Below are positions 11,359-20,782 of a stretch of DNA of 58,267 nucleotides, one piece after another. The position numbers were made by a program, and so were the translations under genes. Source of the DNA: Promethearchaeati archaeon (GTDB lineage Archaea; Asgardarchaeota; Heimdallarchaeia; Heimdallarchaeales; Heimdallarchaeaceae); the NCBI GenBank assembly GCA_013166775.1, contig JABLTJ010000021.1, positions 1 to 58,267 of the forward strand, read 5' to 3'. Below the pieces are notes generated by a model. It did no database searches, was not told the DNA's origin, and worked only from the letters and a program-made list of their open reading frames with translations. Position 1 is the stretch's first letter; each line of letters begins with the position of its first letter.

Positions 11359-11498
11359 TACGTGTTTTTTTTAATTTATATAAGATTTAGTTAATTCTCT
11401 TATTTAATAAAATTTAAAAACAATCATTAGTTGGTTGAACCTAGTTCTGACCACGTTGACCGTTGGTTCGATCATCGGAAGTGGTAGAGGATGATATT

Positions 11499-12140
11499 AT
11501 GTTTGAAAAAGAACTTATAGAAGCAATTAAAAAAATGAAAGAGCAATCTCCATCTCGCAATTTCCTGGAATCAGTAGACCTTTCAATAAATCTTCGTGAT
11601 ATTAATCTACAAGATCCATCGAAACGATTTCAGATAGATGTTCAGTTACCAAATCCAGTTGAGAAAGAGGTAAGTATATGTATCTTAGCAGAGGGTGCCC
11701 AACTTGTTGAAGCACAATCAGTTGGAGCTGCGAGAGTAATTGATAAGGACGAATTAGAAAATATAAGCAGAGAACCAAAAATAGCAAAAAAGTTAGCTCA
11801 ACAATATGATTTTTTCCTAGCAAGTGCTCCTTTGATGCCGATAATCGGAAGAAGCTTAGGGAAATTTTTAGGTCCAAGAGGGAAAATGCCTAAACCTATT
11901 CCCCCATCAGCCTCAATAGAACCTCTGTTACAAAACTATGGTTCTACAATACAGATACGACTACGACAATCTCCGGTTGTTCAAGCAAGAATTGCAACTG
12001 TAAAAATGGAAAATGAAGCTATAAGGGACAACGCTGTTGCTGTTCTGAGAAATGTTGAAAGTAGACTTGAAAAAGGAGAAAACAACATTCGATCAGTATA
12101 TATCAAAACTACAATGGGTCCTGCAGTAAAAGTCAAGTAG
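11499..12140 (+). CDS. rpl1: 50S ribosomal protein uL1 (ATG start after GAGG, rather than the TTG at 11463)
   Basis: RNFLESVDL, LGKFLGPRGKMP, KTTMGP. Confidence 0.97.
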   Translation: MFEKELIEAIKKMKEQSPSRNFLESVDLSINLRDINLQDPSKRFQIDVQLPNPVEKEVSICILAEGAQLVEAQSVGAARVIDKDELENISREPKIAKKLAQQYDFFLASAPLMPIIGRSLGKFLGPRGKMPKPIPPSASIEPLLQNYGSTIQIRLRQSPVVQARIATVKMENEAIRDNAVAVLRNVESRLEKGENNIRSVYIKTTMGPAVKVK

Positions 12141-12148
12141 GTGCCAAA

Positions 12149-13159
12149 ATGTCTTCTACAAGAATTTCAGAAAAGAAAAAAAACACGGTTGAAAAACTGA
12201 AACAAGAACTTCAATCCTACCCTATCATTGGACTAGTTAAAATAGATAACATCAATGCTCGTATTGTACAACAAGTTCGGAAAGATTTGAGGAAAGAAGC
12301 TAAGATAATCATGGCTAAAAACAGTTTAATGAGAATAGCTGTATCGGAATCAAAGAAGAAAGTTAAGGGAATAGAAAAAATAAATGAATATATTGTAGGC
12401 TCATGCGCCTTTATATTAACTGAAACCAATCCTTACAAACTTGCTTCTTTCATGGATAAAAACAAAGTTCCAGCCCCTGCTAAAGTTGGACAAATAGCTC
12501 CGAACGATGTTATAATTATGCCAATGAATACTGGAATACCTCCTGGACCTGTCATAGCAGAGCTTCAATCCCTTGGTTTAAAAACTAGGATTGAAGGAGG
12601 ACAAATTCGCATAGTTGAAGAAGCAGTTGTTACTAAAGAAGGAGAACGTGTTAATAGAACTGTTGCACTTCTTTTAAGAAGGCTAAACATAGAACCTTTT
12701 GAAGCAGGTTTAAAGTTCATTATAGCATTTGAAAACAGCGTTATAATTCCTGGAGATTCTCTTATAATAGATTACGATTTCTACGAACAAGGAGTAAGAT
12801 GGGCATATATTTCTGCATTGAATCTTGCGATAAATGCGGGTATTGTAACAGAACAAAGCTTGCCACTCATTCTTACAAATGTCCATCAAAGAGCGGTAAA
12901 TCTTTCGGTTGCCGCTGGATTTTTAACAAAGAAATCTTTACCATTGATTTTATCAAAAGCAGCTAACAATGGTCTTTCGTTAGCTAGCCAAGTTGGTAAT
13001 AAAAATCCCGAAGCTATTTCAGAGAAAGTTCAAGGAAAAATAAAACAAACAGCTTCTTCACAACCAGCCAAACCAGTTGTTAAAGAAGAGAGTAAGGAAG
13101 AACAAACACAAGAAGAAGAGCCCGAGGAAGATTTAGGGTTAGGATCATTATTTGGATAA
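12149..13159 (+). CDS. rpl10: Ribosomal protein uL10 (P0)
   Basis: KNSLM, APAKVG, NTGIPPGP and an acidic tail ending GLGSLFG. Confidence 0.97.
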   Translation: MSSTRISEKKKNTVEKLKQELQSYPIIGLVKIDNINARIVQQVRKDLRKEAKIIMAKNSLMRIAVSESKKKVKGIEKINEYIVGSCAFILTETNPYKLASFMDKNKVPAPAKVGQIAPNDVIIMPMNTGIPPGPVIAELQSLGLKTRIEGGQIRIVEEAVVTKEGERVNRTVALLLRRLNIEPFEAGLKFIIAFENSVIIPGDSLIIDYDFYEQGVRWAYISALNLAINAGIVTEQSLPLILTNVHQRAVNLSVAAGFLTKKSLPLILSKAANNGLSLASQVGNKNPEAISEKVQGKIKQTASSQPAKPVVKEESKEEQTQEEEPEEDLGLGSLFG

Positions 13160-13169
13160 GTGAAAAAAA

Positions 13170-13475
13170 ATGGAATACGTATATGCCGCATTAGTACTAC
13201 ATGAAATAAGCTCAAGTATAACTCAAGCTAAGGTAAAAGGGATACTTGAAGCCGCTGGTGCAAAAGTAGATGAGTCTCGTGTCAAAGCTTTAGTTGCAGC
13301 TTTGAAAGAAGTTGACATAAATGAAGCTTTGAAAACAGCTGTTATGGCAGCTGCTCCCGCAGCAGCACCTGCTGCAGCACCAAGCGAGAAAGCTGCTCCA
13401 GCAGCAAAAGAAGAACAAAAGGAAGAAGAACCAGAAGAGGACTCTGATTTAGGTTTAAGTGCTCTATTTGGATAA
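13170..13475 (+). CDS. rpl12: Ribosomal stalk protein P1 (aL12)
   Basis: MEYVYAAL, Ala/Pro hinge, acidic tail ending GLSALFG. Confidence 0.97.
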   Translation: MEYVYAALVLHEISSSITQAKVKGILEAAGAKVDESRVKALVAALKEVDINEALKTAVMAAAPAAAPAAAPSEKAAPAAKEEQKEEEPEEDSDLGLSALFG

Positions 13476-13549
13476 TTTCTTCATCTTTTTACTATTTTTT
13501 TATTTAATCTTTTTATTTTTTGTTTATCATAACTCACATTATTATGATA

Positions 13550-13882
13550 TCATTCATCACAAGGTATAGTATTTTTGAGATAAACATTGAACGCATCAAC
13601 TAGATTATTACATTCTTCCAGGACAGGATAATCTTGGAAAGAAGACATACTGGTTTCTTTTTTAGCATCTGAACTAAGAGACGCAACTCTTGATCTTCTG
13701 ATATTTCCCCTACCATCGATTGATAAAATGAGTGTGTGGTCATCAGCATGCATTAATACAAAATTAAACAACTGACTGTCTTTTAGTTCTTCAATCTGTT
13801 TTTTTTCAATTTTGCATTCCACCATTCTTCCGCATTTATCACAGCTGAACGCTCTCACGATATATTTATCTTTGTTTTCCAT
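13550..13882 (-). CDS. Small putative Zn-binding protein (CDKC...HxxxH), last gene of the GTPase operon
   Basis: FSCDKCG and MHADDH; co-oriented, 22 bp from the GTPase gene. Confidence 0.7.
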   Translation of the reverse strand: MENKDKYIVRAFSCDKCGRMVECKIEKKQIEELKDSQLFNFVLMHADDHTLILSIDGRGNIRRSRVASLSSDAKKETSMSSFQDYPVLEECNNLVDAFNVYLKNTIPCDE

Positions 13883-13904
13883 TCCAATTCCACTGATTGT
13901 TTTA

Positions 13905-14501
13905 TTAGTTACCCGAATACTTTGAAACTAGTTCATCGGCTAAATTACTTTCTTTGTTGGTTATATGATCTACTATATACTCAAATGGTTCTGATACATT
14001 TACAGAATAAAGCCCACTAACTAGAAAGTGTTTTTTGATGTTGTAGTTTTTCATAAAATCATGAACATCTTCGATTGATACTTCAGCATTTTCTATATCT
14101 AGTTTATTTCCAACTAATATTTCAGGTATTGTTGGATAAAAGTGGTTTTCAAGATAGTTTCTTGTTAAGTCGACAAATTCATTTAGATAAACAAGGGTTT
14201 CGATATCAGTAACATCATATACATAAATTACTCCTTTTACCCCTCGAAGAAAGACATCTATCATGAATCTAAATTGCTTTTGACCTGCAAAATCCCAAAT
14301 TTGTAGTGTAACTGTTTTACCACAATACACCATTCTCTTCACTGTTATATCTACACCTTTTGTCATAGAAATTTGATTAAGATCAGAAATTTCACCAGAA
14401 TAACCTTTTGAAATTGTTGTTTTTCCTACAGAACCTAGTCCTAAAACTGCTATTTTGAGAATGTTTCCTTGTTTTGTGTTATGTGAGTATAGGGTGCTCA
14501 T
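13905..14501 (-). CDS. Ras/Rab-like small GTPase
   Basis: G1 GLGSVGKT, G2 Thr (MTKG), G3 WDFAGQ, G4 NKLD, G5 VSG; no C-terminal Cys. Confidence 0.93.
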   Translation of the reverse strand: MSTLYSHNTKQGNILKIAVLGLGSVGKTTISKGYSGEISDLNQISMTKGVDITVKRMVYCGKTVTLQIWDFAGQKQFRFMIDVFLRGVKGVIYVYDVTDIETLVYLNEFVDLTRNYLENHFYPTIPEILVGNKLDIENAEVSIEDVHDFMKNYNIKKHFLVSGLYSVNVSEPFEYIVDHITNKESNLADELVSKYSGN

Positions 14502-14525
14502 TATAAATCATATCCTAAAAAAGAT

Positions 14526-15869
14526 TTAAAACACCACATTTTTTGTGTCAATTGTGGGTTCTCCTGCAACAAATCCATGAATTGAAACAGCTGAATAAAT
14601 CGGTTTTTGATTGATAAGAGAGAATTCTCCTCCTGAATAAAGAGTGATAAAAGGAACATCCTCTCCTACTGCTTGTTCAATCAGCTTATTTTCTTTATCA
14701 ATTTTATCTCCTGCTATTAACAGTCTATTACTACAGTTTATGAAAATTCCAAATCGTATATCTGTCATACCATTTGTGAGATTGTTAGCACATTCAAGTG
14801 CGGATTTTTGAATTCCGGTTCCTGATTGTGTAAAGAAATCAGTTTTAATATTATTACTGCTTAAAGTTTTTTCTGGAATCGTTGCTATTACTCCATCCAA
14901 TATTGGGTGACACACAGATACAAAAGGAACATAATCTTCATACTCATTTTCTAATGCTGATAAATATAACAAAGAAGCATAGGATAACTTACCAAATGCT
15001 TCATCATACAAATCTCTAGAGATATCAATTAATTCCAAAAACGCTTCATTTGCTGGTTTTTTGTTTATTTTTTGCACGTATCCACTACTCTTTAAAAACT
15101 CTGTTAGAAAGAAATCTCTGCTATGTTGTGATTTATCAAATGTCCAATTATTGTTAAAACTAAGTTTATCGGATGAAAATACGGTTCCAACTAAAGCATT
15201 TTGGAAAACACTATCGCCGCTAAATTGATAACAATATTTCATGTCTAAATCTATTGTAGCCCCACCCAATGCATTTTTTATTCCACCTTCTACTAAAGTT
15301 CTCAATATAGTATCGGCAAATAAGGTTGAACCGTAACCGTTTTTCCCCATACTTCTATTAATCATCCTTCCAATAAGATTGAACATTTTTTTAAATTTCT
15401 TCGCGAAAAATGTATCCAGAACTTTTAGTTGCTCAAATGCATTAGTTTGATAAAAAGGTCCTGGTGTTAAGAAAAATCCCAGTTTTGATGATTTGGTTGT
15501 AGATTCATACGCTTTTCTTATTTTTTGAGCACCTTTTTTGGGATTTATGCGTACATTTGTGTAGTCAAAGGGAGGTTGAATCTGAACTTCATCACCTTTG
15601 AATCCCATAACTGAACAACCTTGTGTAGTTGGTAATCCATTAGATGTAGCAACTCCAGGAAAAATACCCCCAATTATGTTTTTTGTTCCACTTTCCTCAC
15701 AAATTTTTGCAAGAGCATTTTCGTAATCTCTCTTACTTTGGTAATTAGGTGTAAATCCAACAATAAGAAATTCGGGTGTGCCATTTATCTCACCAATTAC
15801 ATCTCTAATAATAGCATTTGTTGCTTGTTTAATTGATCTGTGACTTGTTGTTCCTGCTGTTATTTGCAT
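14526..15869 (-). CDS. FIST-domain sensory protein (FIST_N + FIST_C)
   Basis: IIGG..PG N-terminal motif, LGGAT, KINKKPA, C-terminal FINCSNRL and YSGGEF. Confidence 0.8.
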   Translation of the reverse strand: MQITAGTTSHRSIKQATNAIIRDVIGEINGTPEFLIVGFTPNYQSKRDYENALAKICEESGTKNIIGGIFPGVATSNGLPTTQGCSVMGFKGDEVQIQPPFDYTNVRINPKKGAQKIRKAYESTTKSSKLGFFLTPGPFYQTNAFEQLKVLDTFFAKKFKKMFNLIGRMINRSMGKNGYGSTLFADTILRTLVEGGIKNALGGATIDLDMKYCYQFSGDSVFQNALVGTVFSSDKLSFNNNWTFDKSQHSRDFFLTEFLKSSGYVQKINKKPANEAFLELIDISRDLYDEAFGKLSYASLLYLSALENEYEDYVPFVSVCHPILDGVIATIPEKTLSSNNIKTDFFTQSGTGIQKSALECANNLTNGMTDIRFGIFINCSNRLLIAGDKIDKENKLIEQAVGEDVPFITLYSGGEFSLINQKPIYSAVSIHGFVAGEPTIDTKNVVF

Positions 15870-15878
15870 AAAAAAACC

Positions 15879-16238
15879 TCACAAGTAGCTAGCAATGATT
15901 TGAGATTTTCGTTTTGCTTCAATAGACAATAAACTAAGATTCACATTCTGATTTGCCAATGTTGTAAGAATTGATACATTATTCACAACAAAAAACAAAA
16001 CACAAAAATCATTTAGTTCATAAGTCACTTTATTTAAGTTATTTGATCTCATTTCAAGTGAAACTTTTTCTACGTTAGCTTTACACCACTGGACTGTTCT
16101 CAGTAATTCCTGTGAATAGTTCTCATTAAAACATGATTCTACAACGTTTCCATCAATTCTGAACAATATTGAAGCTTCAACATCTTCTAAATATATGAGA
16201 TCTTCCAATTCAGAAGAAATTCCCTTGGTATAATTCAT
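15879..16238 (-). CDS. Roadblock/LC7 (MglB-like) protein
   Basis: 119 aa; VEASILFRIDGNVV; C-terminal helix NLSLLSIEAKR. Confidence 0.8.
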   Translation of the reverse strand: MNYTKGISSELEDLIYLEDVEASILFRIDGNVVESCFNENYSQELLRTVQWCKANVEKVSLEMRSNNLNKVTYELNDFCVLFFVVNNVSILTTLANQNVNLSLLSIEAKRKSQIIASYL

Positions 16239-17161
16239 CTCCTAACCTCTTGCAATATCTCAGGATCAGTTAAAACGTTTACAAGTTCAATATTCTCCTT
16301 TCCTTCTCTTCTTTTTCTTCCTCCAAGTAGGTTAGTTGCTATTTGAGCAATAATCTGTTTCTTTGGATCTTTATCTTTAGACATTTCCTTAATCTTCTTC
16401 TTCAATTCTAAGTACCTTACATCGTTAGTTTTAGAATCGGTGATTATCTCTGCAACTGAACTAGTATCTATAGATATACCTTGACCGAAAACAAATTCCA
16501 AAGGATAAATTCCTTCATGGTGGGCAGTTCTTCTTGATTTAATTACTTTACATGTTCTGTTGTATTTACCCCCCAATCCTAAATTCTGGATATGAATCAC
16601 GCTGTCTGATAAGTAGATCGGAACTCTTGTTTCAACAGCACCAATATCTGTTTGTCCAAATGCATTTGGTTCTTCAATTGTCTGCAATACTGTTCCTAGT
16701 GAGCTTAAGTGGTGATATATTTTTGTTAATACTTTTCTTTGATCTTTCTCCGAAGGAAATTCCCAGAGAATTGGTGTTAAAGGATCTAGTATGATTCTAG
16801 TGTGTTTTACGTTCTTATATTTGAGCTTCTGTGCTAAAGCAGGTAGTATATTGGTCATAAATTCAACAATTTTTTCGCTTTCAACAAGATGAATCAAATC
16901 GTTGTAATTTTTTGCAATCTCTTTTATTTTTATACCTAGTGATTCTGCTTCTGACATTAGCTTTGAAGGTGTTTCTTCGAAAGAAAGATACAATATATGA
17001 TCTCCTTCGAGCAATCCTTGATATACATAAGCTAAAGCAAATGTAGTTTTCCCCGTCCCACTGCTTCCTACTATTGAGTTAATTGAATTTTTAATTAATC
17101 CTCCTTGTAAGAGCACATCAAGACCTTCAATGCCAGATGATATTCTCTCTGCATGTGTCAT
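16235..17161 (-). CDS. Single-domain KaiC-like (RecA-fold) ATPase
   Basis: RISSGIEGLDVLLQGG, Walker A GSSGTGKT, YLSFEE, RIILD, IKSRRTAH. Confidence 0.9.
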   Translation of the reverse strand: MTHAERISSGIEGLDVLLQGGLIKNSINSIVGSSGTGKTTFALAYVYQGLLEGDHILYLSFEETPSKLMSEAESLGIKIKEIAKNYNDLIHLVESEKIVEFMTNILPALAQKLKYKNVKHTRIILDPLTPILWEFPSEKDQRKVLTKIYHHLSSLGTVLQTIEEPNAFGQTDIGAVETRVPIYLSDSVIHIQNLGLGGKYNRTCKVIKSRRTAHHEGIYPLEFVFGQGISIDTSSVAEIITDSKTNDVRYLELKKKIKEMSKDKDPKKQIIAQIATNLLGGRKRREGKENIELVNVLTDPEILQEVRR

Positions 17162-17286
17162 TTGAATCTATATTGATTCTCAAATAAGCTAAATAAACTC
17201 CACAATTTATTTTTTTGAATCTCTTTGAAAATAAATGTTAAGAGCAATATTTTATAAATAAAATATTATACAGACAATCGAATAAT

Positions 17287-18045
17287 ATGAGTTCCTTTCT
17301 AAAAAAAATAAAAGAGCTTTTCATATCAAAAGAAAAAATATTCAATAATCTGTTAATCGAAGAATTGGAAAACAAGGATTTCATTAACATAAGAAAACTA
17401 TCTTCAAAACTATCTGTTCAACAACGATATAAAATCACAAATAAACTAATATCAAATGGTAGTATAAGTGGAATTCTTTTACCTGAAACAACGTTTTTTT
17501 TCTCAATACAAAACAAAGAATTAACAGAAATTAAGGATCAGCTTAAAAGAAAAGGAAGCATAGATTCATCTTCTCTGAAAGAGAAATGGGGGGTTAAGAA
17601 CAAGTATCTAGAATTACTATTGATGCATTTTGAGAAGGGTATTCTAACACCCAAAACCTATTACACTATCAGATATCTTCATGAGCATATCTTATCTACA
17701 CTAAATAAAGAGGAAGAGTATGAAATCAAGCTGTTCAATGAAAAATTAAATGCTGACCTAGATGATATAATCAAGATTATACTAGATTTAATAGAAGAAG
17801 GATTACTCCTTGGTGTTTTGCAGAATGATGAAATATTTCTAAGCGCAACAAAATTTGAGGACCTAATTACTGAATATGCTGAAGAGAAATACAATCTAGC
17901 TGATGAGGTTGAATTCAATGAAATCTCTATCGATTTAAAAGTTTCACAAGATTCTATAGAGAAGTTTTTGGTTAATATTGTGGAAAAAATGCCTGGAATA
18001 TATGCTGTATATCCCTTAGAAAAAAAGATAAAATTCAAGAAATAA
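17287..18045 (+). CDS. Tandem winged-helix (PCI/UFL1/DDRGK-like) protein
   Basis: About four repeated WH-like units, e.g. KLISNGSISGIL and DLIEEGLLLGVL. Confidence 0.55.
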   Translation: MSSFLKKIKELFISKEKIFNNLLIEELENKDFINIRKLSSKLSVQQRYKITNKLISNGSISGILLPETTFFFSIQNKELTEIKDQLKRKGSIDSSSLKEKWGVKNKYLELLLMHFEKGILTPKTYYTIRYLHEHILSTLNKEEEYEIKLFNEKLNADLDDIIKIILDLIEEGLLLGVLQNDEIFLSATKFEDLITEYAEEKYNLADEVEFNEISIDLKVSQDSIEKFLVNIVEKMPGIYAVYPLEKKIKFKK

Positions 18046-18165
18046 GGCTAAATATGCAAAAATGAGAAGTTGCATATATAATCGACTAGAAATTTAATGT
18101 ATCTATCTATCTGTCATAGTGCGAAATCTTTAAAATGGTTTGTTTTATTCGAACGATAGATTAAA

Positions 18166-18603
18166 ATGGTTAAGAAGTTACCTTGGGTTTTTCCTGGTAT
18201 TAGGAGACCTAATTTCAGTTTGCATCAAATCTCCATTAGAATACCTACAAGAATTCCTCGAAGCGTTCTCTATATTGTAATCTTTGGTATAATCTTCTAC
18301 ATTTTTAGTGGAGGAGCTTATGATATTGTAAATCAAGAAAATCTTGTCAGTATTGGACAAAGAGGAAACGCTCCGCTCTTCCTTGCACCAAGTCTGCACG
18401 CACAATATTTAATCGAGGGCCTTGTAGCTGGTTTTGTATTCGCTTTTGCAGCATTGAGCCTATATCTTTTTGATCATGCTACAAAGTATGCGTTTGATGT
18501 TAGTACAGCTCAAAAGATTGAATTAATTGCAACCGTCTTAATTGTCATATGGTACATAGCAATTCTTCTTTTATATAATGCAAAAATGCCTGCTAGGGTT
18601 TAG
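18166..18603 (+). CDS. Oligosaccharyltransferase subunit OSTC/DC2-like (OST3/OST6 family TM domain)
   Basis: 145 aa, three TM segments; GGAYDIV, FLA...QYLIEGL and C-terminal KMP parallel OSTC GGIIYDVI, FLA..QYIMEGL and KLP (recalled from memory). Confidence 0.85.
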   Translation: MVKKLPWVFPGIRRPNFSLHQISIRIPTRIPRSVLYIVIFGIIFYIFSGGAYDIVNQENLVSIGQRGNAPLFLAPSLHAQYLIEGLVAGFVFAFAALSLYLFDHATKYAFDVSTAQKIELIATVLIVIWYIAILLLYNAKMPARV

Positions 18604-18606
18604 TAA

Positions 18607-19245
18607 CTACAAGCTCCCTCTTATTTCTTCAATTCCATTGGAAGAGAGAGAATAATATAGCTCCTCATCTTTATGTTTGGCTTTCCAGAGTTTTTTATTT
18701 ATGTATTGAAAAATGATGGTTCTATCGGAATAATTACTTATTACTGCATTAGCAATAGGTCTAATCTTTTGTTGTTCATCATCTCTAAAAATACTAACTT
18801 GGTTTGTTATGAGTATAGGTAAATTTTGTTTCTTGCTTAACTTCTTTAAATATGCCATTTGCAGAGCTAAAATTTTATGTGTATATCTTTCACTCCTTGT
18901 TTTATTGCTGAATCTGAAATGATCTGTTATGCCATTAATTGCAATAAAACTATATTTTTTGTTTTTTAAAAATTTATGTAGCTTCATCAGAATCTTAATT
19001 TGCTGTTTTTTATCCACAATTTGAATCACATAAATATCTTGAAGACTTATTTTTGTATTAAGAATTATTTCTTGTAATCGTTGAGCACTAAAACTCATTT
19101 CACAGTCAAAAATTACTACTTTCTGCTCATTTTTTATCCCCTTACAAAGCTGATAAAGTAGAGTAGTAGTGCCTGAATTAGGTGATCCTGCAACATGGGT
19201 TATACCGGGGGGTATTTTTGATTTATTGATAATTTGTGAAAGCAT
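18607..19245 (-). CDS. RadB-like RecA/Rad51 paralog with a degenerate Walker A
   Basis: GITHVAGSPNSGTT, FDCEMSFSAQRL, PILITNQV. Confidence 0.8.
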   Translation of the reverse strand: MLSQIINKSKIPPGITHVAGSPNSGTTTLLYQLCKGIKNEQKVVIFDCEMSFSAQRLQEIILNTKISLQDIYVIQIVDKKQQIKILMKLHKFLKNKKYSFIAINGITDHFRFSNKTRSERYTHKILALQMAYLKKLSKKQNLPILITNQVSIFRDDEQQKIRPIANAVISNYSDRTIIFQYINKKLWKAKHKDEELYYSLSSNGIEEIRGSL

Positions 19246-19383
19246 TCAAACACCAGAATGTGACAAGATCTTGTTATATCGAGAAATTCTTTGTATATAT
19301 ATTTTAAGTATAGAAATTAAAATTTAAGTCAAAAAAATTCAAAACACAAATCGAATTTCATAAAATTATGTTTATTTAAAAAC

Positions 19384-19608
19384 TTAAACTAGAATAAAAT
19401 ACAAAATGACAGAAAATAATACCATGATTATTCCTTTCGCAATTGCAACAAATTTATCTCTTCGTCTAACTTGCGTCAATAAATCTACAACCTGTTTGGA
19501 AACTATCATTAATCCTATCCACATTACCGCCTTTGCAATATAGATTAGTATATATTGCATTATAACAATAAGCTGTTGAAGGAAATCGTTCCCCATATCA
19601 ATAGCCAT
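19384..19608 (-). CDS. 74-aa small membrane protein (weak TMEM258/OST5-like pattern)
   Basis: Hydrophobic segments separated by a basic loop TQVRRRD. Confidence 0.6.
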   Translation of the reverse strand: MAIDMGNDFLQQLIVIMQYILIYIAKAVMWIGLMIVSKQVVDLLTQVRRRDKFVAIAKGIIMVLFSVILYFILV

Positions 19609-19698
19609 AAGTCATTCATACATATATTATCAGAAAATATTAAATACTCAACGAAAATTTTTAGTAGCCAAATAGAAGTATTTTTGTATCACTTTGTA

Positions 19699-20490
19699 TT
19701 ATAAATTTCCTTCTTCTCTTCTATATATTTTTGGCATTTCTCTTTTATGTTGACTATTTTTCATTAATTCCTTAATCTTTTTAATTTGATCTGGGTTTAA
19801 AATCAATTCTTTTGCAAGGACTTCCTCACCTTGTTTAAGCTCGTACCCTCTTAGAAAAGAATCCAGTTTTTCATATGATACTCCTATTTCTTCTTCATCT
19901 GTTTGATTTACCCAGAGTCCCGCAGTAGGAGCTTTAGTTATTATTCGTTGATTAATTTCAAGACATTTTGCAATTTCAAATACACGGGTTTTATAAATAT
20001 CCCCTAAAGGAAAGAAATCTGCAGCTAAATCCCCATATTTAGTACCATATCCTATAGATAATTCAGATTTATTTGATGTTCCTATAACTAGTTTGTTTTC
20101 TATGTTTGCAATAGAATACAGAATTACTCCCCTTATTCTGGCTTTTAAGTTGCCCTTGGCTAAAAGATTTTTTCCTATTTCAGGAATTATTTTTATTATT
20201 TCTTTAAGCATAGGTGTTATGTTTATGATTTTTAATTCTGTATTCAGTTCTTTTGCGATAAGTTTAGCATCTTCAGTATGCACAATCTCTAATTCATCTT
20301 CAGGAAGATGAAATAATGAAACCTTTTCATTTCCAATTGCACGTATAGATAAATAAGCAATTACAGCAGAATCAATACCTCCACTAAGACCACAAACTAA
20401 ACCGTTAGTTTTTGATTTTTCAACCTCCTCTCTAATAAAATCTACAAGTTGTTTGATGATTTTATCTTGGGAATCTTTATGGTTCTTCAT
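19699..20490 (-). CDS. nadE: NH3-dependent NAD+ synthetase
   Basis: GLSGGIDS, GNLKARIR, GTSNKSE, GYGTKYGD, PTAGLW..QTDE. Confidence 0.96.
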   Translation of the reverse strand: MKNHKDSQDKIIKQLVDFIREEVEKSKTNGLVCGLSGGIDSAVIAYLSIRAIGNEKVSLFHLPEDELEIVHTEDAKLIAKELNTELKIINITPMLKEIIKIIPEIGKNLLAKGNLKARIRGVILYSIANIENKLVIGTSNKSELSIGYGTKYGDLAADFFPLGDIYKTRVFEIAKCLEINQRIITKAPTAGLWVNQTDEEEIGVSYEKLDSFLRGYELKQGEEVLAKELILNPDQIKKIKELMKNSQHKREMPKIYRREEGNL

Positions 20491-20566
20491 AATTTACAAC
20501 CGCTTATCTCTGAGAACAAATCCCTTGTGTTTTTTAAAAGCTTAACATATGTGCTTTAAAATTGAA

Positions 20567-20642
20567 TGGAGCCTCGGAGGGGATTTGAACCCCTGACCTC
20601 TGCCTTACCAAGGAAGCGCTCTACCAACTGAGCTATCGAGGC
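20567..20642 (-). tRNA. tRNA-Thr(GGT), CCA encoded
   Basis: Cloverleaf; anticodon loop TTGGTAA; T-loop GTTCAAATC. Confidence 0.93.
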
Positions 20643-20782
20643 TATTTAAATAAGTCCATGTAAAAAACTTTTAAAATTTGTGTTCTGTGTAGATAGTAGC
20701 TTAATAGTGAAAATCCACTACGGGCGAAAAATCTAAATATACTTTCTTTAACATCCTAACAAATCGCTTGAAACGGGATAAT

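Noticed and set aside
11440-11485. Possible uL1 autoregulatory leader hairpin; similar small hairpins upstream of uL3 (40576-40590) and uS12 (~51560-51590)
   Set aside because: The stems are short, and I could not match them to a known r-protein binding motif without comparative data.
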